A stretch of 64,000 bases of DNA from Candidatus Latescibacterota bacterium (GTDB taxonomy: Bacteria; Latescibacterota; UBA2968; UBA8231): assembly GCA_964291625.2 (NCBI GenBank), contig OZ220089.1, positions 1,824,001 through 1,888,000 on the forward strand, read 5' to 3'. The position numbers were made by a program, and so were the translations under genes. The notes beneath the pieces were generated by a model, which saw nothing but the letters and a program-made list of their open reading frames with translations, searched no databases and was not told the origin of the DNA. Positions within the stretch are counted from its first letter, which is position 1. Each line of letters starts with the position of its first letter. Below are positions 17,768 to 27,273 of the stretch, in pieces.

Positions 17768-19826
17768 TCAGTAGGGCAGCAGGTACGCCACCTTCAGGCG
17801 CACCCTCTCCGCCGCCTCTCGGACAGAGTCCCCCAGATTGCAGGCCAGGTAGACCCGGCTCTTCGGGGCGATCTCGTAGCTGGCGAGCAGGTTGATGTCA
17901 CGCTCCCCCAGGTAGCGGGCGTCTTGCACGAAGGCGCGCACAAAGAGGCGCCGGGTGGCGAACCAGGTCGCCCGTCCCCGCCAGATCGTCTTGCCCTCGT
18001 CCAGCTCGCCCCCCGGCAGGTACTCCCAGACGCGGGACCCGCCTCCTTCGAGGGCCAGCGACGCCGATGGCTTGACCTGCAGCTCCGCCCGGACACTTCT
18101 GGCCGCCCCGAAGTACCCGTCGTCGAAGTCGAACCGGTCCTGGAATCCCCCGCCCACGTCCAGCTTCCACCTTCTGCTGTCGCCCGTATCGAACCCCACG
18201 TCGAACGTCTGTCCTTCATACGAGGTTCCCTGCCAGGGCCAGCGCCACAAGCTGTGGGTGAGCGAGGCAGAGGAGTGGTCCCATGTGAATAGCGATAGAT
18301 CCGCCGTCGTCCACTCCCAGCCCCAACCCTTCTCCACCGATCGCCGCTCCATCGACACGGCCTGGCCGAGACTCAGCTGGCCGAGGCTCCCGATCCGTGG
18401 ACGCCAGTCCGCCGAGATCTCCATCGATCTCGACCCGACGCCGGCATCCCTCTCGATGAAGCCGAGCCTGTCGGCGCTGAAGGCGGTCCCGATCGACCTG
18501 CAGGACAGGCCTCCCAGGAGGCTGCCGTGGCGATACTCCATGTCGACGCCTGCCATGTAGCCGCTGCCCCGGCCATGGTCGCCGCTTCGCGCGGCATGGC
18601 CATTGAAGGTGTATCGATCCCCCCACTCCAGCCGGGAATCCACCGCCGCGATCCGTTGCATCACCTTGCCGCCCTCCCATACCCCCTCCAACAAGGCGCT
18701 TGCAGTGGAACCTCCAGCCAGCTCCCTCTCCAGCTTCATCACCCCGAACCGGGGCCTCTCGCCGGCCGGGCCCCGATCCTGGGCGGCCAGGATCCCTACC
18801 GTGTATCCCGCGGTCCGGCCGCTGAGCCTGGCGCCGAAGTCGGGATCGGAGATCCGCCGGCTGTAGAACAGCCCGTGCCTGCCGAGGAAGTCGGCATCCT
18901 CGACGAAGAACGGACGCCTCTCCTTGAGGAGGAGAGGAAAGCGGGAGAGGTTGATCTCCTCCTCGTCGGCTTCGATCTGCGCGAAGTCCGGGTTCACCGT
19001 CATGTCCAGAATCGCATTCGTGGCCACGCCGTACTTCACGTCCAGCCCCGCGTCAGGCCGGCCGAGGCCGGAGGCGACATGGGGAAGCAGCTCCAGGTGC
19101 AGCCCCGGGTCTATCCCCCGCAGGCCGACCAGGTGACCCGCCTTCGAGACTCTCAACACCGAGCCGTCTTCCCGGTAGATCGCCGCCCAGTGGCTGCGCT
19201 CCCTGCCGGTGATGGCCAGGCGCTCCACGTTGAATCCCCACACCATCTCGCCGCCGGCGAAGGCCAGGGTCGAGAAGGAGATCGCCAGCTCGGCCGACCA
19301 GCCGCTGTCCAGGACCGCGGCTTCCGCCCGCCAGACCCCGTCCCAGCCCTTGTTGTTGGCCGCGTATCCTCCGGCGCCGTCGTCTGTCATCTGGAAGTCG
19401 TGCTGAATGCCAAGGGGGTTGATGTAGAACCCGTAGGCGTTGCGGTGGTCGTGCTGGGTGTCGAGTAGAATTCCCACCAGGTCCCGCGGCGCGAAGCGGC
19501 CGTCCCTCGGGACGATCCTGCGCGTCGATGTTCTCCGGGTTCGAATCGGCCATGTAGAGGCCGATGTAGAGCTCGTCCTCCGTGTAGAGAACCCTCGCGA
19601 AGGTCTGGTTCGCGGCCGGAACACCCTCGAGGGGATCCAGCAGCACGAAGCCGCTCACCGGCGCCGCCAGCTCCCAGCAGGGATCGCCCAGGTGGCCGTC
19701 GACCACCGGCGGCGTGTCGGTCCGGCTGGCCGCCACGGTCCGGGCGCCATGGATCTCCGATCCGGCGGGGACGGCCTCGGGGATCCCCGGGAGAGTGAGG
19801 GCGGCCATGATGTACCAGATCCTCAC
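17768..19826 (-). pseudogene. CBM9-like + DUF5916 outer-membrane protein with a single frameshift near 19517
   Basis: N-part 'PPVVDGHLGD..W...LYIG' (ORF 19053-19826) continues in ORF 17768-19624 as 'RD...LLDTQHDHRNAYGFYINPLG...NPDFAQIEAD...ERRPFF'. Confidence 0.8.
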
Positions 19827-21178
19827 CCCTCTTCCTCCGCGGCCTGCCGGCCGGCCAGCACCTGAAAGGGCACCACGCTGACGCAGGTGATCGCCACTCC
19901 CAGCAGGAAGAGGTGGGCATAGCCCACTTCGAGAGCGAGTCGCCCCCCACCGAAGGAGGTGATGGCGAAGCCCACCAGGGCGGCGCTCGCCGTCACCGCC
20001 GACATCGTCGGTCTCCAGCGCGTGGAGACCAGTTCCTGGTGGAAGACGGTGAAGGCGGGCATGCGCACGGCGATCAGCACGATGATGCTCACATACCCCA
20101 GGCCGGCGGCCTCCCAGCGGGGGATGAGGGCCATCGGCAGCAGGGCCAGGGCGATGCCGAGGGTGGTGCCGGTGAAGACCCGCGTGTGACCCACCCTGGC
20201 CAGCACTTGCGGCATGACCAGCGCCGCGGGCACGGAGAGCAGTTGCGCCAGCCCGATCAGCCAGCCGATGGAGGACGGCGGGACCCCGAGCTCCGAGTCC
20301 AGGTAGACGTTGAAGAAGGTCCGGGCCACGGCGACCCCCGGAGCGGCGAGCAGGCTGATCAGCCCGATCATCAGCAGCGGCGCATTCGGCCGTGGCTCCT
20401 CTTCTCCAGGCCCGGCCGGCCCCGGCTGTTCCCGTCCTGTGTCAGCCGCCGTGAACCCGAAGAGAGCCACGGCCGGCGCCAGGGAGAGCGAGGCCGCGAG
20501 CAGGCTGAGCTGGTAGGCGAGGAGCCCGTCGCTACCGGTCAGCCGCTCGAGTGCCTGCGGCAGAGCTCCCCCCAGCGCGCTGCCGGCGAAGCCGAAGAGG
20601 GGCCACACCGCCCCTCGAAGGGAGAATACCAGGGAGCGGTTGCCGGCGGCCGCCGCCTGCATCAGGAAGGGGCTGCTGTTGACCATGTAGGTGGCGAAGC
20701 CGCAACTGATGGCCACCTTCACCGAGACGATCCATCCCGAGCGCAGCGTACCCGGGACGAACCCGGCCAGGGACATGAGGAGGTATCCGGCGACCATGAG
20801 AGCCGCGCCTCCCACGAGAGCACGCCGGCACCCGGCGCGGCGTCCCCAGTGGCCGGCCACCGGGCTGAAGAGGGCGAAGGCCAGCAGACCGGCGGCGTTG
20901 AACTGACCGATCGAGTCGACGCCATACCCCATGCGCAGCAGGTAGAGGTTGAAGAGGACGGCGTAGATGCCGAAGGCCGAGAACCCGATCAGGGCGGCGC
21001 CGGCCATGTACAGCTTGACGTCTCTCTCCAGGAGCGCGGGTAGGCCCGCCAGGTGGGTAGTTGTGCGCAACAAGAGCTTGTCTCCTTCACACGGGAGACG
21101 AGCGAGAGGGGCAGATGTTTGTACCAGGCTTCGCGGCGATGCGGGCCCGATCCGTGCCTGACAGATCCACCTTGACAC
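19823..21178 (-). CDS. MFS transporter
   Basis: About 12 hydrophobic segments, 'LFNLYLLRMGY', motif-A-like 'GRRAGCRR'; start uncertain. Confidence 0.85.
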   Translation of the reverse strand: MSRWICQARIGPASPRSLVQTSAPLARLPCEGDKLLLRTTTHLAGLPALLERDVKLYMAGAALIGFSAFGIYAVLFNLYLLRMGYGVDSIGQFNAAGLLAFALFSPVAGHWGRRAGCRRALVGGAALMVAGYLLMSLAGFVPGTLRSGWIVSVKVAISCGFATYMVNSSPFLMQAAAAGNRSLVFSLRGAVWPLFGFAGSALGGALPQALERLTGSDGLLAYQLSLLAASLSLAPAVALFGFTAADTGREQPGPAGPGEEEPRPNAPLLMIGLISLLAAPGVAVARTFFNVYLDSELGVPPSSIGWLIGLAQLLSVPAALVMPQVLARVGHTRVFTGTTLGIALALLPMALIPRWEAAGLGYVSIIVLIAVRMPAFTVFHQELVSTRWRPTMSAVTASAALVGFAITSFGGGRLALEVGYAHLFLLGVAITCVSVVPFQVLAGRQAAEEEG

Positions 21179-21266
21179 CGTCCCGGGCCCATGCCGTTAT
21201 AGCCCCGTGAACCCCGGAGACGCCGGCGGTGCCATCCCTCCTGTGCTGGTTTCCACGGAGCCCGAC

Positions 21267-23213
21267 ATGACCTTCTGGATGCGCCTGCTTCACCTGACCC
21301 TGGCCGCGGCGGCCATCGCGGCCACCGGCTCCCCGTCCGCGGCCTACGCCTCCCCGGCATCGGCCGAGGGAGAGGGATGGGTGTCGGCCCTGGATTCGCT
21401 CCGCGTGGAGCGGTCGGGATCGTGGCGGGATTCCCGGTTCCGCTACGCCAGGACCACCTGTCTGTACACGCGGGAGGAGGGCGCGGCGCTGACCTTCGGG
21501 TTCACGGCAACGGGCGTGGCCCTCGGTCTGGGGCAACTCGGCGTCCCCGCCTACGGTGGGCCGCGTCTGGGCCGGCTGATCGCAACCGTGGACGACGGCA
21601 GTCCCCGCGTCCTCTACCCGGCCGAGGAGGGACGGGAGGTGGTGCTGGCCCGGGGCCTGCCCTATGGGGAGCACCGGGTGCGGGTGGTCCACCAGCCCGA
21701 GGAGGGAGAAATGGGATGCCGGGTGTCAGGGTTCCGCGTCCTGGGCCAGGACACGGGGGATCTTTCCTTCTTCCTCGACGGCGAGGAGAGCGCCTTCTTC
21801 GTCGACGCCAGGGCGGTCGTGCGCCGCGGCGGCGAAGTGGTCCGAAACGTGCTGGTGCGCAACTGGCTGACCGGGGCCTGCCGGCTCACGGGTCTGACCG
21901 CGGGAGATGGATACTCCCTGGAGCTGGCCGCCCTCGGATGGGAGTCCCGCAGGATCGACGGCATCGCCATCCGCAAAGGGGAGGAGACACGCCTGCCGCC
22001 TGTCTACCTGCCCCGCCAGCCGAGGACCGCTTCGCGGGGGGTCCGGTTCCCCATGCTCGGACACCCGGCCGTCCGCAGGCCCGGCGAGTCCTTCCGCGCC
22101 AGGGTCGTCTCCTACGGCAACCCGATCGAGGAGCTGAGAATCTCGCGGCAGGTCGGCCCGGCCACCATCTCCCGGGCTCTACCCTTCGAGGAGGATCCGG
22201 AGGCGGCCTACTACTACGACCGGGAGTACACGTTGACGCTGCCGCCGGACGTTCCGCCGGGGCTGTACGATCTGTGGGTCTGGCTGGCCAGCTCGCGCGG
22301 GCGTTGGGAGCGGCACTCCCCCGCGAGTGTGTACGTCGTTCGAGAGTACCCGGACGATCCGGTCTTCATGACCTTCGGACACCTGGACACACAGGGGCAG
22401 TACCAGGCGGAGTACGAGAGACGGCTGGCCCGGGTCGCCAACCTCGTCGCGCCGGACATGGTCCTCATCAGCAACTCGGTGAACCCGGCCTACATCTCGG
22501 GGGCGCATCAGGCCCTGCAGGTGCCCTACGCCATCAACTTCGGCAATCACCAGTTCTACGGGCACGAGCGCTGGTACGGCGATCCGGTGGGGATGATCGA
22601 CTATGGCCCGGACCTGTGCATCCTCAACTTCGGCCACGCCTGGCACGTGGACCTGTCCAGGGCCGAGGCGCTGATGGCCTCGCGGGCCGACGCCCGGACC
22701 AGGGTGATCAACGCCTACGAGCCCAACGCGCCGGTCGAGGACTTCCTGGACCGGCACCGGGTGCAGCTGATCCACGACGCCCACGGCCCGGGACCCAAGG
22801 TACAGTCCATCGGCGCCACCCCCACGATGCGGGCGGGCAAGTACGACGAGGAGAGCTTCCGGGTCGTCCGCTTCGAGGACGGACGCGTGGCGTCGCTGAC
22901 CTATCTCGGCGACCCCATAGCGCCTGTCCCCTTCCTGCGGGAAGGACCTTCACCCCTCGAGGTCGCCTGGGACCCGGCCAACGACGGGACCCACGACCGG
23001 GTGACCGCCACGGTGACCAACCGGCTGAAGGAGGACTTCCCTGACGGCCGCGTCACCTACGTGCTGCCCGCCGGGGAGTACTCGGTGGAGGGCGGCCGTC
23101 TGGAGACGGCGGTCACCAGCGACGACGGCCGCTACACGGTGCTGACGGCGCGGGTGGACTTCCCGGCGGAGGGCAGCGTGCGGGCCACGGCGTTGAGAGA
23201 GGGAAGGGACTGA
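21267..23213 (+). CDS. Secreted multidomain protein with degenerate metallophosphoesterase-like domain
   Basis: Signal peptide; beta-sandwich and carboxypeptidase-regulatory-like segments; 'PDMVLISN', 'GNHQ' motifs. Confidence 0.6.
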   Translation: MTFWMRLLHLTLAAAAIAATGSPSAAYASPASAEGEGWVSALDSLRVERSGSWRDSRFRYARTTCLYTREEGAALTFGFTATGVALGLGQLGVPAYGGPRLGRLIATVDDGSPRVLYPAEEGREVVLARGLPYGEHRVRVVHQPEEGEMGCRVSGFRVLGQDTGDLSFFLDGEESAFFVDARAVVRRGGEVVRNVLVRNWLTGACRLTGLTAGDGYSLELAALGWESRRIDGIAIRKGEETRLPPVYLPRQPRTASRGVRFPMLGHPAVRRPGESFRARVVSYGNPIEELRISRQVGPATISRALPFEEDPEAAYYYDREYTLTLPPDVPPGLYDLWVWLASSRGRWERHSPASVYVVREYPDDPVFMTFGHLDTQGQYQAEYERRLARVANLVAPDMVLISNSVNPAYISGAHQALQVPYAINFGNHQFYGHERWYGDPVGMIDYGPDLCILNFGHAWHVDLSRAEALMASRADARTRVINAYEPNAPVEDFLDRHRVQLIHDAHGPGPKVQSIGATPTMRAGKYDEESFRVVRFEDGRVASLTYLGDPIAPVPFLREGPSPLEVAWDPANDGTHDRVTATVTNRLKEDFPDGRVTYVLPAGEYSVEGGRLETAVTSDDGRYTVLTARVDFPAEGSVRATALREGRD

Positions 23214-23221
23214 CCCCGGGG

Positions 23222-24268
23222 TCAGGTCAGGAAAGTCCGGTAACGCCACAATTGGTAGAGTAGAACGATCGCCGCGAGGACGACCAGCGCCAGTCCGATC
23301 CAGACCCTCACCGATCTCCCTTCACCCCGCTGATCCATGATGTCCACTCCCGCCGGGAACTCCAGGTCGAAGTGATGGGCGGGGATCGACATGTTCACCG
23401 TGAAGTCGAGCGCTACCAGCGAGCTGACGCTCAGGACTCTGTCCGTGTCCTTCTGATACACGCTCGACGTCCACTGCGAGGGGTACCAGAGACCTTCTTC
23501 ATACTCCTTGTTGACGACGCTGACCACGGTCCGGTAGGGATATCCCGGAGTCGCTGGATGCTCACGACGCAGGACGGTGAATCCCTGGTCCCTGTCGATG
23601 TCCAGCGTCTGCCACCTGCCACGGATCATGACCCGGAACCGTCCAACGGCTTCCTCACCGTCCGCACCTGCGAAGTCATGCACCCGCTCGATCCTCGATG
23701 ATTCCCTGAGGATGAGCTCCGGCAGCAGGCGCTGCGAAGGCAACGACACCAGCGGGAACTCGAGCGTATGGTGATGGTGCAGGCGACTTCGCGTCGAGGC
23801 GAGAACGCCGTCCAGGCTCCCCGAAGCTGATCTGCTCAGCTCTCTCAGCTCTTCACCATTCCACACCTGGCTCCTGGTCTGTCGGGTCCGTCTCTCACCA
23901 AAGGGGCCATCCGGGAAGTAATACAGGGTCTCCGTGCCATCCAGGCGGATCCTGTTCGCTCTCTTGTCGAAGGCCAGTCTCAGTGTATCGGGCCCTATCT
24001 CGGGAAGATAGTCCGACGTGGTCGGGTCGTAGTCTTGCCTGGGATCGGCGATCATGTCCTCGATGTATTGCTGGCGTCCGGGGTTCCTTGCGGTGTACAC
24101 CAAGGTGCCCTGGCCGCTCCAGACCTGCTCGTACTGCGCATGGGAGCGCTCCCACCAGGACCTGTCCGATTCGCTCGGATCATCCTGTGCCAGGACCAGG
24201 GACGGGGCCATGGACACCATGAAGCATGCTGCAACTCGCAATCGACTGGTTCGTCTTGCGGCTGTCAT
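23222..24268 (-). CDS. Secreted protein with LolA-like beta region and C-terminal TM anchor
   Basis: Signal peptide, 'LDIDRDQGF', 'GLWYP', 'FDLEFPAGV', C-terminal hydrophobic helix. Confidence 0.6.
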   Translation of the reverse strand: MTAARRTSRLRVAACFMVSMAPSLVLAQDDPSESDRSWWERSHAQYEQVWSGQGTLVYTARNPGRQQYIEDMIADPRQDYDPTTSDYLPEIGPDTLRLAFDKRANRIRLDGTETLYYFPDGPFGERRTRQTRSQVWNGEELRELSRSASGSLDGVLASTRSRLHHHHTLEFPLVSLPSQRLLPELILRESSRIERVHDFAGADGEEAVGRFRVMIRGRWQTLDIDRDQGFTVLRREHPATPGYPYRTVVSVVNKEYEEGLWYPSQWTSSVYQKDTDRVLSVSSLVALDFTVNMSIPAHHFDLEFPAGVDIMDQRGEGRSVRVWIGLALVVLAAIVLLYQLWRYRTFLT

Positions 24269-24552
24269 TGGTCAGATCCCCTTGGTGAGCGGCCCGCAGG
24301 TCCGCGGGCCCGGAGCAATTCCCTCAGATCGAGGAGGACGGTGTCGTACCTCGCTGCAAGAGATGCGTCCGGATCGATCTTGCCGACGCCGATGTGGCCA
24401 TGGTTTTCGATCACGTACTCCCCAAGTCTATCTCCCTGGATTGGTTCGACCATACGGAGTGAACAGCCCTCTGCCAACCCCCTTGCGAGTCGGATCCTCC
24501 TGGGCCTGTCCGCGATCCTTCAATAGGTTACTGTGAGTTCTGGCAGGTTCAT
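24265..24552 (-). pseudogene. Short ORF with an in-frame TGA at codon 11
   Basis: ATG at 24552, TGA at 24522-24520, frame continues into ORF 24265-24477 whose stop overlaps the next ATG. Confidence 0.3.
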
Positions 24553-24627
24553 CGTGCCCCCGGGCACCGGTGCCTCCGAACTCCGCACTGATCCTGGTCA
24601 CTCTCGGCCCAGATAGGAAGCAACACC

Positions 24628-25256
24628 GTGGGCAAGATGTTCCTGGTCGCCGATGGCGACCTCAAGCCGCTCGATCAGCAGCAGTACTCCTCGGAGGATC
24701 AGTTGCAGGACCTTCTCGCCCGCTTCCCGGACCTGCTTCCCGGCGATGACATCGATCCAACCGCTCCCCGCCGGTGGTTGTTGGTCTCGCGGGAGGCAGG
24801 GATACCCGGCCAGAGCGACGGCGGTGACCGGTGGTCGCTCGACCACCTCTTCCTCGATCAGGATGGAGTGCCGACTCTGGTCGAGGTCAAGCGAAGCTCG
24901 GACACGAGACTACGCCGAGAGGTTGTCGGACAGATGCTCGAGTACGCGGCGAATGGAGTCGCGTACTGGCCGCTTGAGCAACTCCAGGATCTCTTCCGCG
25001 GGTCATTCGAGGCGTCCGGGGACGATCCCGATCTTCAACTGCGCGGTTTCATTGATCATGAATCGCCGGAGGAGTTCTGGAAGGTGGTCAAGACCAATCT
25101 CCAGGCAGGACGAATCCGCCTCGTGTTCGTAGCCGACGAGATCCCGTCGGAGCTGCAACGAGTGGTTGAGTTCCTGAATGACCAGATGGACCCGGCCGAA
25201 GTAATCGCCGTGGAGATCTCGCGCTACTCTGGGGATGGGCTTGAGACGCTTGCCCC
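24628..25256 (+). pseudogene. PD-(D/E)XK (NucS/endonuclease-like) protein, C-terminally truncated and fused to a foreign fragment
   Basis: 'SEDQLQDLL', 'LDHLFLDQDGVPTLVEVKR', 'VVGQMLEYAAN', 'RLVFVADEIP'. Confidence 0.7.
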
Positions 25257-26741
25257 AACATCTCCCTCAATGCCACCATCAACCCCGGACTTCGGCCAGG
25301 TCGAGGGTGATCCGGCGGTGCTCAACCTGACCCTCTTCGAGACGCGCCACCGCGAGCGCCGGCCCTTCTTCCTGGAGGGCATCCAGATCTTCCAGTCCCC
25401 CCGCCCGGGCATCACCGGCGTCACCGGGCAGGCGCGCCTGTTCCACTCGCGGCGCATCGGCCGGCCGCCCTCGAAGTGCTCATCGAGCAGGCCGACACGG
25501 TGCGCCACGTCGAGATCGAGCCGGTCACCAACTACCTCGTTGGCCGCGTGCAACAGGACCTGCTGACCAACTCTACCGCCGGCGCCGAGGTCACGGCGGT
25601 CAACGGCCGCGGCTTCGACCCGGCCTACGTCGGGGCCGGCGACCTGCACCTCAAGTGGCGGGAAAACGCCTACCGGATCTACACCCGCCTCGCCGTGAGC
25701 CGCACCGGACAGGAGGAGGAGCGCGGCACCGGCTGGGAGGGTCTGATGAACTTCAAGAAGTCGGGAGGCGCCTTCGGCGGCCAGGCCCACGTGGACGCGC
25801 GATCCCCCGCCTTCCAGGTCAACGACCTGGGATGGATGAAGCCCCGCAACCGCATCCAGGCGGGCTTGGGCCTCTATCACCAGAAGCTCCACCCGTACTG
25901 GTTCGCCCGCCGTTCCTGGTTTGACCTCGACTTCTGGTCCGCTGGAACTACGCGCGCGTGCGGCTGTTCCGGAGGATCGCCTCCAGCACCTCACACCAGC
26001 TGCACAACTACTGGGGTTTCTGGGCCCGGGTGATCCGCAACTTCGAGGGCTTCGACGAGGTGGTCACCCGCGGCGGGCAGATCATGGTCGCCCCGTCCGA
26101 CACCCGGATCAACCTGAGTGTGTGGAGCGATGATCGAAAGCCCGTCACCGCCCGGTTCGGCTGGAGCTTCTTCGAGAGCCGGGCCGGCGACAACCTGCAA
26201 TCGGGGATCTGGGTGGGTCTCGAGTTCAGGCCCATGTCCAGTTGAGGGTGACGATCGGGCCGAGCTACAACTACCAGCGCAACTTCGCCCAGTGGTTGCG
26301 GAACAAGGACGACGACGGCGACGGCGAGGCCGACCGCTTCATCTTCGGAGAGCTCGACAGCCGCGTCCTGGACATCAGCGTGCGCGGCGACTGGACCTTC
26401 ACGCCCACATTGAGCCTGCAGCTCTACGCCCAGCCCTTCGTGACCACCGGCGACTACGGGGCCATCAAGGAGCTCGCCCGCCCCCGGTCCTACGAGTTCC
26501 TCCCATACCCGGACTTCGACGGGAACCCCGACTTCCACTTCCGCTCCCTGCATTCCAACCTGGTGCTGCGCTGGGAGTTCCGCCCCGGCAGCACCCTCTA
26601 CCTCGTCTGGCAGCAGAGCCGGGCCGCGGCTTCGATGCCCTCGACCCGCGGTTCCGCCCCGGGGACGACCTTGGCAGCACCTTCCTCGACCCGGGGCAGA
26701 GCATCTTCCTGGTCAAGGGCAACTGGTGGTGGGGGCTGTAA
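25254..26741 (+). pseudogene. DUF5916-family outer-membrane protein remnant with several frameshifts
   Basis: 'PDFGQVEGDPAVLNL...ERRPFFLEG', 'FQVNDLGWM', 'TFTPTLSLQLYAQPF', 'NLVLRWEFRPGSTLYLVWQQ', 'FLVKGNWW' spread over several frames; N-terminus missing. Confidence 0.8.
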
Positions 26742-26849
26742 CCGTTCAAGGCACGACCTTCGTGGATTGGCCCCCTGGCCTCCTCCTTCTCGCTGAGGAT
26801 CGGTCTTTGGGGCATCTCGATTCGTCCAGTGTGTCGTCCAAGAAAAACC

Positions 26850-26950
26850 GTTCGTTGTCGCTCGGTGTGCAGGGCGTGCTCTACCTGAACGACACGCCGA
26901 CCCAGCAGGGGGCCTTCATCTCCGTGCCGGGACTCCACCGGCGCCTGGAG
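26850..26950 (+). pseudogene. Phytanoyl-CoA dioxygenase (PhyH)-family fragment
   Basis: 'LGVQGVLYLNDT...QGAFISVPGLHRRLE'. Confidence 0.5.
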
Positions 26951-27273
26951 GCGACGATCTCGATTCCCGGTTCCGACCCGCACGCGACCTGGGGGACAAC
27001 CTTCCTCGACCGGGACCGGGGGCAGAGCTGTTTTCAGCCTGACTTGAGTTGCTGTGCTAAGGACTTGTGCTTACTCTCGTAAGTCGTGCTCCGGTTCTCC
27101 TGCCGGCCCCGCAGCGCCTGCAGGCTCCTGAAGGGCCACAGGGGCGCGTACTGTGCGCCCCCTCTCGCCTTCAGGTAAAGCATCAGCAGCCAAATGCCCG
27201 TACGCCATGAGCCTATAGGCAGAAATGCGGCTTCAGCCGGACAACGAACTCATTACATAGTCGTCGTTCAGGA

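Noticed and set aside
19530-19552. tRNA T-arm-like GGTTCGAATC
   Set aside because: Lies inside the DUF5916 coding region and no cloverleaf can be built
27082-27273. ZMP/ZTP or purine riboswitch ahead of purM
   Set aside because: Conserved core sequences are not recognisable
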